Positions 9,295-21,088 of a stretch of DNA of 64,000 nt are shown here, piece after piece. The number at the start of each line of letters is the position of its first letter. Position 1 is the first letter of the stretch. Origin of the DNA: Elsinoe ampelina (lineage: Eukaryota); assembly GCA_010093995.1 (NCBI GenBank), contig ML992509.1:891850-955849 (forward strand). The letters run 5' to 3'. The notes beneath the pieces were generated by a model. That model was not told the DNA's origin and made no database searches. It worked only from the letters and a program-made list of their open reading frames with translations. The translations under genes were made by a program, and so were the position numbers.

Positions 9295-12246
9295 ATGCCT
9301 GGAATTCTTCCCATGAAGGTCATCAAAATGGGCACGAATGCTCACATGCGAATTGCTCAAGCCTGCGACAGGTAAGAAGATGCCGGCGAATCCGGTGGCC
9401 GGTTTCAAGCTAACCACCCAAGATGCCGGAGCAAGAAGATTAGGTGCGACGGCATACGACCATGCTGTACGCAATGCGCCAACGTTGGATTCGAATGTAA
9501 GACTAGCGACAAGCTTAGCAGACGAGCTTTCCCGAGAGGATACACCGAGTCGTTGGAAGAACGAGTACGAGTACTGGAAACCGAGGTGCGCGAGCTAAAA
9601 GACTTGCTGGATGAGAAAGACGAGAAGATCGATATGCTCACGCGGATTCATCCGCACCGACATTCGCCTCCATCACAATTGCCGTCGCCCAAGGCGTCGA
9701 TATCGGCACCCTCCTCAGGCGGCGCATCTCCACAGGCTGTTGACGATGTAACCTTTACCGTCCAACAATCGCCTTATTTGACAGCGGACGGAAGTGATGA
9801 CTCCTACTTTGTCGGCACTTCCTCCGCGTCATCATTTCTTGGTAAGTGCTTTTGCGTTAGCGACCAGCGCGCTCGCTGACCAAAGGTAGAATCTTTCAAG
9901 CAGAAAGTTCAGGAAAAGGGACGATCATCAACTGATGTGAAGCCCTCGAATCTGCTGAAGACCGCAGCCAAGCAGAACGCCAAATCCATCTCTGCTGTAC
10001 TATCACCACTTCAGTCGCGTCCGCCTCCACGGCTAGTCTCCGATCAATACGTGAACATCTTCTTTCAGGAGTGGGCACCGCTGTTCCCAGTCCTGCATCG
10101 TCCCACATTCTTAGGGCTGTACGAGCAATTCACTTCATCGCCCGAAACGATTACCGACAAGAAGAGCATTGCTCAGCTCTACCTCGTGTTTGGCTTGGCC
10201 GCTCTGTCACAAAACGTAAGTCAAGATCGACACTCGTGCTCGCCTTCTCCTTCGTGCTGATATTAGATTAGTCACAACAAGCATCGGAAGTCTCGTCTTT
10301 CGAGCTCCAATGGCAATCTGCTCTTCAACAAGTACAGACTGAGCAATCTCTAGCGACCTTGCAGTGCTTGCTGTTGGCACAGCTCTTCTGCATGCAGAAA
10401 GGAGACTGCGCTCAGTTGCTAACCTACAAGGCCCTCGCTGTGTCGTTGTCCGCACGTCTTGGCCTCCATCAGTCCCAGAAGCGGTATGCGTTCGGTACGT
10501 TGACATGCGAGACAAGGAAGAAGGTCTTCTGGACCCTCTATACGCTCGACAAGTAAGTCTACGTTGTGAATGATCCCAATATCTGGACGCTGACTGTGCC
10601 CAGCTTCTCCGCAGTCATACTAGGTCTGCCCAAGCAAATCCGGGACGATGAAGTCTTCTGCGAGTATCCCGTCGATGCCGATGACGAGTACATCACCGAG
10701 AAAGGCTTCCAACCTCTTCTTCCAGGAGAGTCTACTCGAGTGTCAAGCGCTTTGGCCCTCTTTCGCGCAGCGAGGATTCTTTCGAAAGTCCTTGAGCAGC
10801 TCTATCCCGCACTGCCGTCGTACGATCTGTCCATGAAGAAATTGGCAGAGCTGTCCGAAGAGCTCGATCAGTGGCAAGCGTCTTTAGCACCTCACCTCCG
10901 CCTCCCATTTGCGCAAGATAAGCCGACTGTCGGAACAGTCAGCAGCCGCTCACCCCTCCTGGTACGGCATTCTCTCCTTCCCATATATAAGATCTCGTTC
11001 TAACGCTTCACAGTCTCTTACCTACCACTACATTCGCACTCTCATCCACTGTCCTGCTGCCTGCTCTGCAGTTGACGGCACATCTTCATCAATGATCGCT
11101 CTGGCTGGATCATCCAAGCACCTGGCTCAGATCCTGGCTCTGTTGACCGAGCGCGGACTGAGCTTCTCCTTCTGTCTCAACAAAGAAGAGCTTCTTGTCC
11201 TCGCTGGTTTCGGTTCGCTAATGCAGACTCTCGATCTGGAGGACGGCAGCAAGGTTCTCCGAGACAACCAGAAGACACTCGCCCTCATCATCAGTCAGCT
11301 TGATCAGATGAAGGCGTCCGTGGCGTCCGAATTCCGTCGTGTGGCATGTTCATACCTGCCAACGTCGCGCCGCGCCCCAAGCAATTCCTCGTCTTCGTCG
11401 TCCTCTCGTCATGGATCTCTAGGATCAATGCCTGCGCCGCATCATTCCACGATCCCTGCAGCGGTGAAACAACATTTTAAGGCTATGACCTCCAAGTTCT
11501 GGCCGGACAGGACAAACGAGCACGCTCACCTGCAGCGTCGTATGACTTCAGCAGGGCCATATCGACACAACTCTCATGCACAATCGGTCCCTGCTTTGTC
11601 GCCTGGTGAACAGCCCCGGCTGCCGCGCTCTGAACCAGCCCGAAGTCCTCAAGACACCCACTCTGTTCTCAACAACAGCAGTCACAGACTTTCCGCTTCT
11701 CCCACCCATCAGCAGCCTATCCACCAGAAGCAGCCTCGCGCCAGTCTCAACCTCGATTATCTCTCCTTCAGTAGCGGCGCCACTACACCGACTGTAGCGG
11801 CCCCTGTAAAGAACGCTAACCAGTCCGACTGGGAGCGTCTCCTCGCAAATCTTGACAACGGCCAGACCAACATCTTCGACAACATCTATGGCGGGCCACC
11901 GATGGAAATGTTGCAAGAGTCGCACAAAGCTACACCACAGCAACCAATCCAAAGCGTCAGCACAAGCGATCTGGAGGGTACTCTTGGCTGGGATCCGAGC
12001 ATATGGGCGGTCACAGCTAGCGACTTGACTCCTGTCCACACAAACCAAACAACAACGGAAAGCGTGGCCAGTCTATCAAGCAGTGACGAAAGCAGAGGAA
12101 GCGTAATGCCTCAAACGCTAGGCTTTGACGATCTCGGAAACATTGATGACTTGGAAAGCTATGGAGGTCTGATCATGCCGGAGGTAGCGAACAGTGATGA
12201 TGGATTGTGGGATGACAGACTGGATAATACCTTTGTATTGGCTTAA
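9295..12246 (+). CDS. facB: Zn(II)2Cys6 transcription factor FacB/Acu-15 (Cat8/Sip4-like; acetate utilisation)
   Basis: Spliced N-terminus [11 protein letters not shown]...[57 protein letters not shown], plus a fungal TF domain ([35 protein letters not shown]). Introns at ~9372-9422, 9842-9889, 10216-~10266, 10553-10603 and 10962-11012. Confidence 0.92.
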
Positions 12247-12583
12247 AGGGGTGGACTGGCGCTGAAGGGAAGGCTTCATGATTTGGATTGATACCAAGAT
12301 ATGTACCATGTGGTCGACAGAACAAGGATGGCTTTGTTTGTCAGATATGATAGGCAATCGAATGATTTTGTTCCCAGCCATGGCGCTTCTTTGCGTCTCT
12401 GAGCACGTGTATTCACATGTCAGGAGCAACCTGCCACGAGGCACATGGAAGGTTCCAGCTGCAGGCTTTTCACAACTCACACCTGCAGAGTCTGCGAGCT
12501 GACATTCCCTCCTTTCGATCACACGCCTTGAATCAGCCGAGACTACCAGACCGCCATCGCCATATCTGCTCTCCAAAAAGACC

Positions 12584-13479
12584 ATGGCAAACCCCCAAGA
12601 TGCTAGCAGTACCCAACCAGGGGTCGCGGCTGATGATAAGGCTTTCGAAGCTGGGACAGGGCATTTCGAGAACCATGCCTTTTACAAGTCAGTGTCCTTG
12701 CATCGCAACGAGTCTGCATGGATTTTACTAACTGCTTCAGGCTCTATCAGACCGGTATCTTCTCCGATTGCAAGATCAAATGTGGTGACATTGTCTTCAA
12801 TGGTCACGTTTGCGTGTTAGCCAGTGCCTGCAAGTGGTTCGAGACGGCTCTGTGCGGTAGCTTCAAGGTGCCTAGGTTCCGCAATGTAGGCGTTGCAAGG
12901 ATATTGACTGACCCGCATGTCTAGGAAGCCGAGGAGAAGACTGTCGACCTGAGTGCAGACTCTTGGACTACAGTCAAGATGCTCATCAAGTTTGCATATG
13001 GCTGCCAGGTTGGATCATTGTTGTCCGAGGGGAATTACTACAGTGACTACATTCCGCTGTACAGTCTCGCCGATCGTGTTGGATACAACGCCTTGAAGGA
13101 GGCAGCCGGCCGATTCCTTCATGCAGGAGTCACTAAGTACAGTTGGACTCAAGCTACCCTACGAAAGATTCTTCGGATGTTAGATGAGCACTCGCCACCC
13201 AACGACGACACACTTTTCCGTGTCGGAAAGGATCTGGCTGCAGAGCATGTCGACCTCCTGAAAAGACTTACTCCGGTTCAATTTCAAGCTTTCGTGAACG
13301 AAGTCCCTTTTTTTAGTGCCGTCGCCCTCAGCCTATTCACGACGTCCCCGAAGCGCCGTGCGACATGGAAGTGCGAAGCCTGCTCGATCTTTTTCAGTCT
13401 CCCGGCGACGTGCAAGGCGCCCCAGCAGTGTCCGCCCTGCAAAAGTGATAAGACGGCAAAGATTCAGGACGGGCAGTGA
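12584..13479 (+). CDS. BTB/POZ-domain protein with C-terminal CxxC..CxxC zinc ribbon, paralog 1
   Basis: Exons 12584-12687, 12741-12867, 12925-13479. LYQTGIFSDCKIKCG..F.GH.CVLAS...WFETALCGSFKEA; LYSLADRVG; WKCEAC...CPPC. Confidence 0.85.
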
Positions 13480-14046
13480 TGTAAGGCAGTTGGCAGAATC
13501 AGCGGACCTGCCGGACGAAGGCAATCAGAGGGCACTGGGAACGTCTTCGACATAGCGTGGGGACTTGAGTAGTGACCGCAGAACAAGATGCACATGCCTT
13601 CAGAAGCCACAAGCTATTCCGCGCGTGACTCGCACCAATTCATCTTGAAGAATACATCTATTTATCTATTGCCCTCCTGCATCCCATCAGTCAGCGTTTC
13701 GCTTCGCCTCTAACGCGTGATCGCTACGGATGTATATGCATTTCGTCCGGATGCGGCTACTGTAGCCTCCAACTTCGCTCCGAAACCGTGTGTAGAAGGC
13801 GCGACGCGATCGACGTGTATTAACCATATCCTGCTACGCCATCTTGCATAGAACTACAGTACGATTGGAATCGAGTAGTCTTGTCTGATAAATGGATGTA
13901 ACTACCAATTCCACGATGAAGCTGCTGTTGAAGACCTCCATGTGGTCGGAGAAGCCCAAGCTGCAGCCCTTCACCTCGGGGCCAGCACATTGGGAGAATC
14001 AAAGCATGTATAAGTAAGTCCTACCAGATAATGATTCGGAATAAAG

Positions 14047-14952
14047 ATGGACAATGGAAACGGTATTTCTGCGTCCAGCAAGTATCCTCTCACCACAATC
14101 TCAAGCATCCAGGATGAGCCTGGCCACGATGCCGGGGACCGGCGTTACTCCTTGTACGGTATTGCCATCACAGCGGTGACCAGCTAACTGCGTATTCGGT
14201 ATCGCATTGCATGCTCATTGATAACCTGACTCAGCCTGTACGCCTCTGGTAGGCTCTCTGATTGTCGAATCGACTGCGGCACCCACACATTCCACGGTCA
14301 TGTTATCATCCTCGCCAGCTCCTGCTCATGGTTCGAGAAGGTCTTGACTGGAGGCTTCAAGGTATGTGTGGCGCGCATCTTATATCTCTGGACCACGGAC
14401 TGACACTCCCGGGAAGCAAACGAGCGAGTCATCGACTTCTCTGAAGACAACTGGGACACCATCTCCGCCTTGCTTTGATACATCTACGGCTGCAACCTGG
14501 ACTCCGTCTTCTACTCGAAGAACAACCAGATGAACCGCCATCTCGACCTCTACGCCCTCGCAGATCGACTTGGCTACATGACTCTGAAGAAAGCGGTCAA
14601 GCACCACCTGGACGAACTGGCCAAGACATGCAAGCCCAAGTCCAACTCCCTCCTGCACTTCCTCAAGCACCTGGATGAGTGCTGCCCGCCAGACGATCAC
14701 TCGCTACCGAGGATCGGGGCGCATGTTGTGGCTGCGAATGTGCCTCTGATCAAGAGTTTCTCGACGGAGCAGCTGCAGGCGTTGGCGAGTGAGGTGCTAC
14801 GCTTCTGTGGCCACATACTAAAGCTTGTGGTGGAGGAGAAGGATGATCGGTGGGTGTGTCTGAAGTGTGCGGAGTCGTGGAGGTGTCCGAAGGGTGGTAG
14901 GGCTGTTGTAGCTTGTCCGAAGTGTAGGAGTGGGAAGGTGCAACAGTTGTGA
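14047..14952 (+). pseudogene. BTB + zinc-ribbon paralog 2, inactivated
   Basis: Exon 2 (14235-14361) is homologous to the other paralogs. The intron-2 acceptor is CGG (14410-12) instead of CAG, there is an in-frame TGA at 14476-78 where paralogs have R/K, and the intron-1 donor is not at the conserved position. C-terminal WVCLKC...CPKC is still present. Confidence 0.8.
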
Positions 14953-15290
14953 AGGAGATGTGGGCACTTCTGTACGGTACATGAGATACATTGTGGTAGG
15001 TTTCACTCATAATAAGCACGGCTCGGGAGACAGCTCCAAGGAGTCCCAAGAAAATGGGACCATGGCAGAAGAGCAGTGGCGGAACAAGGAGCGGCAGTAT
15101 GTGACAGAGCTGGCAAGATCTGTGTCATGTGAAGGGCAGTCCATTTGTCATTTTCCCGACATGTGAAAGCGCTTGTCACCAACCTGTGTGAGTCCGACTC
15201 AACTCAATATCTTCTTCAAATTGATTTCAGAGAAGGAATTTGTAGCATCAAGCGCTCTCCTACAACTTATTACAATTACTCACGCACGTC

Positions 15291-16171
15291 ATGGCTGCAC
15301 CAGAGACGCCTCCGAGCAAGGGAATCATGGGTGGATCTGAATTCAAGGGAACGTCTATGAAGTGGGAGAATCACGACATGTACTAGTAAGCCGACCCGCA
15401 CTATGTATCGTGCTCAATGTTGACAACACAAACCAGCCTCTACAAAACCGGCGCCTTCTCCGATTGCAAGATCATCTGCGGTCCACATACCTTCCATGGT
15501 CACATCTGTGTACTCGCTTGCGCCTGCAGCTACCTGGAGAAGGCATTTTGTGGAAACTTCAAGGTCAAGCTCACAGATCCATCAGGAGACAGCAAGAGTC
15601 TGGTATGACACAGGAAGCCGCCGATAGAACCCTCGACATGTCGAACGAGGAACCAGTCGTCGTCACTGCTTTCCTACGATATACATACGGCTGCCCGTAC
15701 AAAGACGTGTTCGAGATCGATGCACGAAACATTGCCAACAAACTCAACCTCTACATCGTTGCCGACAGGATCGGATATGCCAATCTCGCCACGACAGCAA
15801 TGAGCTTTCTGAAGACAGCGTGCAGCAAGAAGGCAGAAACCAATGTCGACATCTTCCACGACGCTATAGATGCCCTTGAGGGATATGTCATGACGGGTAG
15901 CTCTGCATCTGATGCTCTCTTTCACGAATACGCAATGTCGAACATTCCGCTCCTGAAAAGCATTCCTTGGGAGAAGCTGGAGTACCTCACGACAGACTAC
16001 CCACGGTTGATCAAGGTGATCATGCCCCTTGTCAGAGAGCCCAAGGCGAACGTCTACTGGCACTGCAACAACTGTGATATGACGATTGACATCGTTGCCA
16101 ATGCATGTTGTTCTCCGGGTATGACTCTGGTATGTCCGGACTGTCAAGCTGAGCTGGATCGCCAGGCATGA
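15291..16171 (+). CDS. BTB + zinc-ribbon paralog 3
   Basis: Exons 15291-15385, 15437-15563, 15614-16171. WENHDMYYLYKTGAFSDCKIICG; LYIVADRIG; WHCNNC...CPDC. Confidence 0.85.
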
Positions 16172-16620
16172 TTCTCGGTGGCTGGCTTGCAGAGACACAG
16201 GTCGGCCAACTGCGTAGCGATGAGAGGAATGATTCCCGCTACTGTGGTGACGTACTGGTACGAGACGGGCAGGAGACTTATCATTCGAAGCGTTTCGCTG
16301 CGTGAAAGGGCCAGCAGCATCTATAGCTCGAGCCGGACACACAGTTTATGATTACATGAGCAAACTCTGCTTCAGCTTCCGCGTACAATTTGAATGTTGT
16401 CTACGTGAGTCGCTCATGGAATCTATACAAGGTCATCAAACGCTCCACCTTTGTCACTGTCTCTGAGCATAGACAGAGCCCTTGTTTGTCAAGTCTTGCA
16501 ATTCCTGCAAGATTGTGTGTGCTGGTTTCACATTCGCCATAGCAAAAGGATGGTCACATCCCTCTCTTTCTCTTTCTCATCAGCCTTCTCACACATCTCT
16601 GCAGCGCGCCTTTTCCAACC

Positions 16621-17490
16621 ATGGAAGACGTGGAAGAAAAGATCGAGACACTCGCCATGGACACCAACATATTCTCCGGCAGCGCTGCGAATTGGGAGAG
16701 CCGCAATCTCTACGAGTAAGACGGTACGCCTTTGCCGAGCAAGCCTATACTGACCTGATAGTCTGTATAACACTGGCGACTTCTCCGACTGCAAGATTGT
16801 GTGTGGCGATAAGATCTTCCATGGTCATATCTGCGTCCTTGCGAGTGCGTGCAGCTATTTTGAGAAGGCTTTGATTGGCTCGTTCAAGGTAAGTAATACT
16901 TGCGGTAGACAGCGTCACCCACTCACGTGAGCAGGAAGCAGATGAAAAGACACTGGATTTCACCGAAGACGGATGGGAGCTCCTCCAAGCTGTCATGCGT
17001 TTCGCGTATGGATGTCCTTACTCACAGCTCTTCGGCACCAGCGATCGTTTCCTCTCCGCAGAAGTCAAGCTGTACGGCCTCGCGGATCGTATTGGGTACT
17101 TGACGCTCAAGAAAGCTGCAAAGGAGAGGTTGGTAACAAAGGTGAAGGTCATGGAGGGAGACTTCGAGCAGCTGCGGGCATCTGTCAAGATACTGAAGGA
17201 GTACGACATCCCTGGCGACGACACTCTCCAGGGGTTCGCCGACACTCTGGTTGCCAACAACATCGTTCTACTCAAGAGCGTGGACCGAGAGAGATTTGAG
17301 GAGCTGGTTGAGGAAGTACCCAGCTTGTGCTCCGTTCTTCTGTCACTGTGTTCGGCGCCGGTCTCGGAGGGGAGCATGTTGGAAGTGCGAGGAGGAGTTC
17401 AAGTGTCGGAAGAGTCCTGAGGGTGATTAGACCATCAAGAGGCCTTGTGCGTGTCCATGGTGCAGGAGTACGCGTGTGGCGAGGGTCTAG
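16621..17490 (+). CDS. BTB paralog 4; zinc ribbon frameshifted (ORF stops at 17420, relic ribbon runs to 17490), possibly decaying
   Basis: Exons 16621-16715, 16762-16888, 16935 onward. The BTB domain is intact. CWKC...(TAG 17428-30)...CPWCRSTRVARV* lies in a shifted frame at 17377-17490. Confidence 0.75.
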
Positions 17491-17893
17491 CTCAGCATCG
17501 TTCTAGACTAGCCATAAGCAAGGCAGGAGACGGAGACAGATGGAAGGATATGGCCGCGCACAATGAGAGACCATGAAGCCGTCTTTTTTTCTCTGACTAA
17601 GGTCCAAGATCTGGGTATATAGCTCGTATCCTGAGAAAATTTGAGGAGACGGAAGAGCATGCTTTGGTCAAGACATACGATTTCTTTAAGTGTCTGCAGA
17701 CTGCAAGGTGCAGGACGATATACCTGTATCTTAATGAAGGATCGTCCTGGTCGATACAGACTTCGACAAGCAGAATTCTATGTCCATAGCCGTTCGTTGG
17801 AAAACCATGGTAAAGCAGGGCCCCGCCATGGATTTACTGTCGTTCAAGGGAGTCAGAACAACAAAAATACCATCGTAGTATCCCACTTGACGT

Positions 17894-18852
17894 CTAGACA
17901 GCTCTCAAAGAGGTCGATGTACCTCGACAGTGAGGGCACCTCCAGGGATTGGCCTCCTTTGTCGAAGTATTGAATGTTACGTTGCACTGACGACACCGCC
18001 AGCCATGCCAGTTCTCCTGCTCTTCTTCCAATGCAAGCTTGTGCTCATCGCATTTGGACTGGGATTTCGCCAATTTGTCAGTAAGTTTGTTGATCAGCTC
18101 TCCATCCTGCGTGATCTTCAGTAACAAGTTGGAGCAGAAATCGGGCACCTCAGCGGCCAGCTCAGATAGCTCGTGAGGCTCCGCTTGACGCAGAATTACA
18201 ATATTACACTGGGTGAAGAGCTTCGATATATCCTTCAGAGTGTTGTCCCTCGGAGGACTCGTTTCGTGTAGCGATACCAGGGTTTCTCGTACCGCGGCGA
18301 AAGTCTTCACGGGGGTTACAAACGCTTTTTTAAGCCAATTTGCGCAGGCATTCTTCAAGGAGTCATAGCCGATGCGATCTGCCAGTCCATATAGGCAAAT
18401 ATGTTGAGTATGAGAATCGGTGTCTGGTAGAATGGTGTCAAACGGGCAGCCGTACATGTACTTGAGCATGCCCGTCACGAGAACCCAGTCGTCATCGCTG
18501 AAGTCGAGCGTACGAGTCTGACCTTCCTGTCTGATTGAGCATTCATACTCTGACGCGAGGAGGTGCGATTGACTTACAGAGAAATCCCCGCACAACGCCT
18601 TCTCGAAGTAGGCCGAGGAACTAGCAATGACGCAGAGATGGCCCTTGAACACGTTCCCCTGGCATTTGATCTGACAATCCGAGAAGACGCCGGTGGTATA
18701 CAGGCTGCCGATGATCAGCTTGACGCGATGAGAGAAACGCGGCGACCATACTTGTAAAAGGAATGGTTCTCCCAACGCTCACTGGTCACCTCAAAGGGCC
18801 GTGGCTGCTCTTCACTTGGAGCCAGTGCTTGTGTCGCTTGCTTTGGAGGCAT
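17894..18852 (-). CDS. BTB + coiled coil + zinc-ribbon paralog 5 (inverted)
   Basis: Exons 18852-18752, 18704-18578, 18526-17894. WENHSFYNLYTTGVFSDCQIKCQG; LYGLADRIG; WRCRQC...CPHC. Confidence 0.85.
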
Positions 18853-19353
18853 TTTGTCGACGTCCCCCAGTGATGTCTCAACCAGGTGGTAGTGCTAGAG
18901 CAACTTTACAGGTAGTGAGAATCTCGTAAGTATCGACTGTCAATCGCAAAAATGAACGACGCGGTCTCTCAGCGACTAGCATGCAATCTCGGACGAGGCA
19001 CCTCGGGCATGTCCAACCAATCATGCGACGCCGTGCCGACCACACCCATGAGGCCTTCAACTTCAAGGGTAGGCATTCTGCACGCCTGCAAGCTCGTGTA
19101 GCGCAGAAAGCGTATGATACAGTAGCATCCGAGAGGCAACCTGCCTCAGAAAAGAGTATGTGAACGAATATGTCCGCCGAATGATGGTCAGCCCCATTCT
19201 GACGTCAGTCTTGACATGATCAGCCACACGGGCAATCTGAGCAATACTTGATTCTTCAGTCCCATACGGCTCCCTACCGTTCATCAAGTCATCGCAGGCA
19301 CGCGCTTTCGAAGATGCAGAGTATTTCAGCTTCTCGCTGATAGTTCAATCCCA

Positions 19354-20868
19354 ATGGACCGGGCACTGCTGCGTAGCCTTGTCCTTCGACAAAGTGCTCA
19401 TGCCAGACCTCATCTATCACGGGGAGTCTGCTATCGGCAAACACTTCCGCAAACTTGTCACGCCTTCAAAAGACCATACCTCCCCCAGCGGATACCTTGG
19501 CCCACTATACGCACATACGCAACCAATCCGCCCACCACGACGAGCGATCCCAAGCATATCTCGGACCAGGTGACGGAATCATCCTACGCTCAACCTGCCT
19601 CTGAGCTGTCTCAGACCATTACGCCCGAAGAGAAGTCGCATTATGCTGAGCTCGAATCGCATTCGAAGACTGCTCAATTGCGGTCTCCCTGGACCCGCGC
19701 TTCATCCGATGTACCTCCCGTTCATGCCTCGCGGAACGCCTCGGCCATGACGAAAGGCAAGCTCCTCACGACGCCGAGCAGAATGCTCAAGCTCATCATC
19801 CCGCTTGCACCTGTGGACATGAACGACACCAAGAAAGATGTTGAGCCGTTGGCATTGTTCGTACACCCTCAGCAGCCATTGAGCTATCTGGAGAGGCTGA
19901 TACAGAGCGAGCTACCATTCATCAAAGAAGGAAGCAAAGAGCGAGCCCCGAACGTCACGTTCCGCGCAGAGGATCCCGAGGCTCACGAACGGGGGCCGGA
20001 CAAGAGAATGGGAGACCTCAGCGGCGAAGGCAAAGGGCCCAAGGACAACAATGAGGGTGGTCGGGACGAGGACGAGTTTATGATGATTGATGGGAAGCTT
20101 GAACGCACAGGCAAGCTCAACGGAAAGAAACAACCACGGCAAGAAGGAGAGGGCCGAGAAGACCTGCTCAATCCCGACCTTGAAGGCAGGAAGTTCATAA
20201 GATGGAGTCCCAGCACCGAGATTGGCGACTTTATCAGGGACGCCTCTGCCGGCAACCTCTTCCTGATCTCGATCGAAAAGTACCCTCACCCCATTCCAGT
20301 GGCTGTTCCCACCTTCAACGAGAGGACGTACTACCTCCGCATGAGACTGCGCAAAGTCTCCGGCAAGATCGAGGGCATGGCAGGCGTCAAGGCAGACTGT
20401 GACCGCATCGCCAGACAAGGCGCGAAGAGGGTCGCTCAGCTGGGTTTCTGCGGACTGGTGGGCTGGTGGTACCTCGTCTACCGACTGACATTCGAGACCG
20501 AGCTGGGTTGGGACGTCATGGAGCCGGTGACCTACCTCGTTGGTCTGAGCACTTTGATCGGAGGTTACCTCTGGTTTTTGTACCACAATCGAGAGGTCAG
20601 CTACAAAGCGGCGTTCCACGTCACGGTCTCGAAGCGTCAGGCGGCGCTGTACGAGAAGCACGGTTTCGATCAAAGTCTGTGGGACGGGTTGATTGAAGAG
20701 GGCAACCGGCTGCGGAGGGAGATCAAGATGGTGGCAGAGGAGTATGACGTGGAATGGGATGAGAAGAAGGAAGCTGGAGAGGAGGTGGAGGAGGCTTTGA
20801 GGAAGGAGCGAAAGAAGCAGAAGAATGGCGGCAAGAGGAGAAGTCGGGATGATGAGGATGATGATTGA
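19354..20868 (+). CDS. MCU: mitochondrial calcium uniporter
   Basis: Arg-rich targeting peptide, HPQQPLSYLERLIQSE, and two TM helices flanking the WDVMEPVTY (DxxE) selectivity filter. Confidence 0.95.
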   Translation: MDRALLRSLVLRQSAHARPHLSRGVCYRQTLPQTCHAFKRPYLPQRIPWPTIRTYATNPPTTTSDPKHISDQVTESSYAQPASELSQTITPEEKSHYAELESHSKTAQLRSPWTRASSDVPPVHASRNASAMTKGKLLTTPSRMLKLIIPLAPVDMNDTKKDVEPLALFVHPQQPLSYLERLIQSELPFIKEGSKERAPNVTFRAEDPEAHERGPDKRMGDLSGEGKGPKDNNEGGRDEDEFMMIDGKLERTGKLNGKKQPRQEGEGREDLLNPDLEGRKFIRWSPSTEIGDFIRDASAGNLFLISIEKYPHPIPVAVPTFNERTYYLRMRLRKVSGKIEGMAGVKADCDRIARQGAKRVAQLGFCGLVGWWYLVYRLTFETELGWDVMEPVTYLVGLSTLIGGYLWFLYHNREVSYKAAFHVTVSKRQAALYEKHGFDQSLWDGLIEEGNRLRREIKMVAEEYDVEWDEKKEAGEEVEEALRKERKKQKNGGKRRSRDDEDDD

Positions 20869-21088
20869 GAGCTTCCGGGATGGCAACGTCTGGCATAGCG
20901 ATCGTGGGGTTTGTTTGGTAATCATTTCTGCCCTCCAGCGACGCGGCAGTACATCGACAGATGAGTCTCCAGCTGAGACTACTTTGACACATGAGCCTAG
21001 CGTATGTATAGCTTTTGGCAATGGTATTCCGAGATCTATATCTACGAATGGCGCGAATCTATGCAACAGCTGATGGAGCAGCTCTTGT

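Noticed and set aside
19912..21066. 384-aa antisense ORF over MCU; similar shadows at 40107-41225, 43568-44584, 52441-53544 and 61260-62303
   Set aside because: They overlap well-supported genes on the opposite strand or another frame, have low-complexity composition, and are explained by codon bias and C/G skew.
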